Assembly (NCBI RefSeq): GCF_004010195.1 | Contig: NC_057753.1 | Location: 5,183,063 to 5,203,062 of the forward strand | Direction: 5' to 3' | Source: Chiloscyllium plagiosum | Taxonomy: Eukaryota | Length of the DNA stretch: 20,000 nt | In this document: positions 19,417 to 20,000 of the stretch, piece by piece | Layout of the letters: the number at the start of each line of letters is the position of its first letter | Position numbering within the stretch: position 1 is the stretch's first letter | Translations under genes and position numbers: made by a program | Notes under the pieces: generated by a model | The model's database searches: none | The model's input: only the letters and a program-made list of their open reading frames with translations | What the model was told of the DNA's origin: nothing

Positions 19417-20000
19417 AAGGTAAGTGATTGATATTTGAGTGGGTGTGTTCTGTACCCCAGGCCCTACATAGTAGGGCCTCTCTCCCATCCTCCTCCTCTA
19501 ACCTAACTTTAAAGTTCACAGGTAAGCTACTCTGTTCTTGCTTTGGAGACGAAGTGTAGAGTAATGGCAGCGCAGGCAGTGGAATGTTCCTCCTGCCGGA
19601 TGTTTGAGGTAGGGGTGACCACCAATACTCCTGCCGACTTCATCTGCAGGAAATGCAGTCAGATTCTGCTCCTCACAGAACGAGTTAGGGAACTGGAACT
19701 GGAGTTGGATGAACTGAGGATTATTCGAGAGGCTGAGAAGGTGATAGATAGAAGCTACAGGGACATAGTTACGCCAGAGAACAGAGGTAGCTGGGTAACA
19801 GTTAGAGGTGGGAAGGGGAGGAAGCAGGCAGTGCAGGGATTCCCCTGTAGTCATTCCCCTAAACAATAGGTATACCGCTTTGGATACTGGTGGGGGGGAC
19901 AGCCAGCAGGGGTAAGCTGCAGTGGCCGGGTCTGTGGCGTGAGGTCTGGCCCTGAGACTCAGAAGGGAAAGGGGGAGAGGAGGAGACCGCTAGTTATAGG
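19417..20000 (+). mobile_element. CR1 LINE 5' UTR and ORF1 N-terminus (continues beyond the window)
   Basis: ATG at 19564: MAAQAVECSSC..FICRKC (zinc knuckle), coiled coil RVRELELELDELR, WVTV; after a frameshift IPLNNRYTALDT and finally LVI(G), the start of the GDS esterase block. Confidence 0.88.

Overview
Eukaryotic, repeat-dense genomic DNA, almost certainly from a cartilaginous fish (inferred from HE1-like V-SINEs, HER1/CR1-type LINEs and the style of the zinc-finger gene). There is one host gene: a KRAB-less C2H2 zinc-finger gene (13161-14921, +) with 13 intact fingers, then a -1 frameshift and about 9 decayed fingers, preceded by a CpG-rich promoter (CCAAT, GC-box, NRF1-like and YY1 motifs). 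The rest is nested retroelements: CR1-type LINEs (one nearly full-length with an SGNH-esterase ORF1), SINEs, a 743-bp tandem duplication, a minisatellite next to a 542-N gap, and a 5'-truncated Penelope-like element (PLE; GIY-YIG remnant, inverted repeats, 13-bp TSD). The most interesting signal is a set of non-coding PLE-derived hairpin insertions from three sequence families. They share one architecture: 204-209 bp, a fold-back whose apex lies in a minimal hammerhead-ribozyme core with a palindromic (dimer-type) stem III, a 30-35 nt one-sided tail, and 12-14 bp TSDs. Related observations are a solo tail, a triple 35-bp stutter at a PLE end, and one hairpin inserted 1 nt from another element's predicted ribozyme cleavage site. 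All alignments were done by eye and boundaries of old LINE fragments are approximate.
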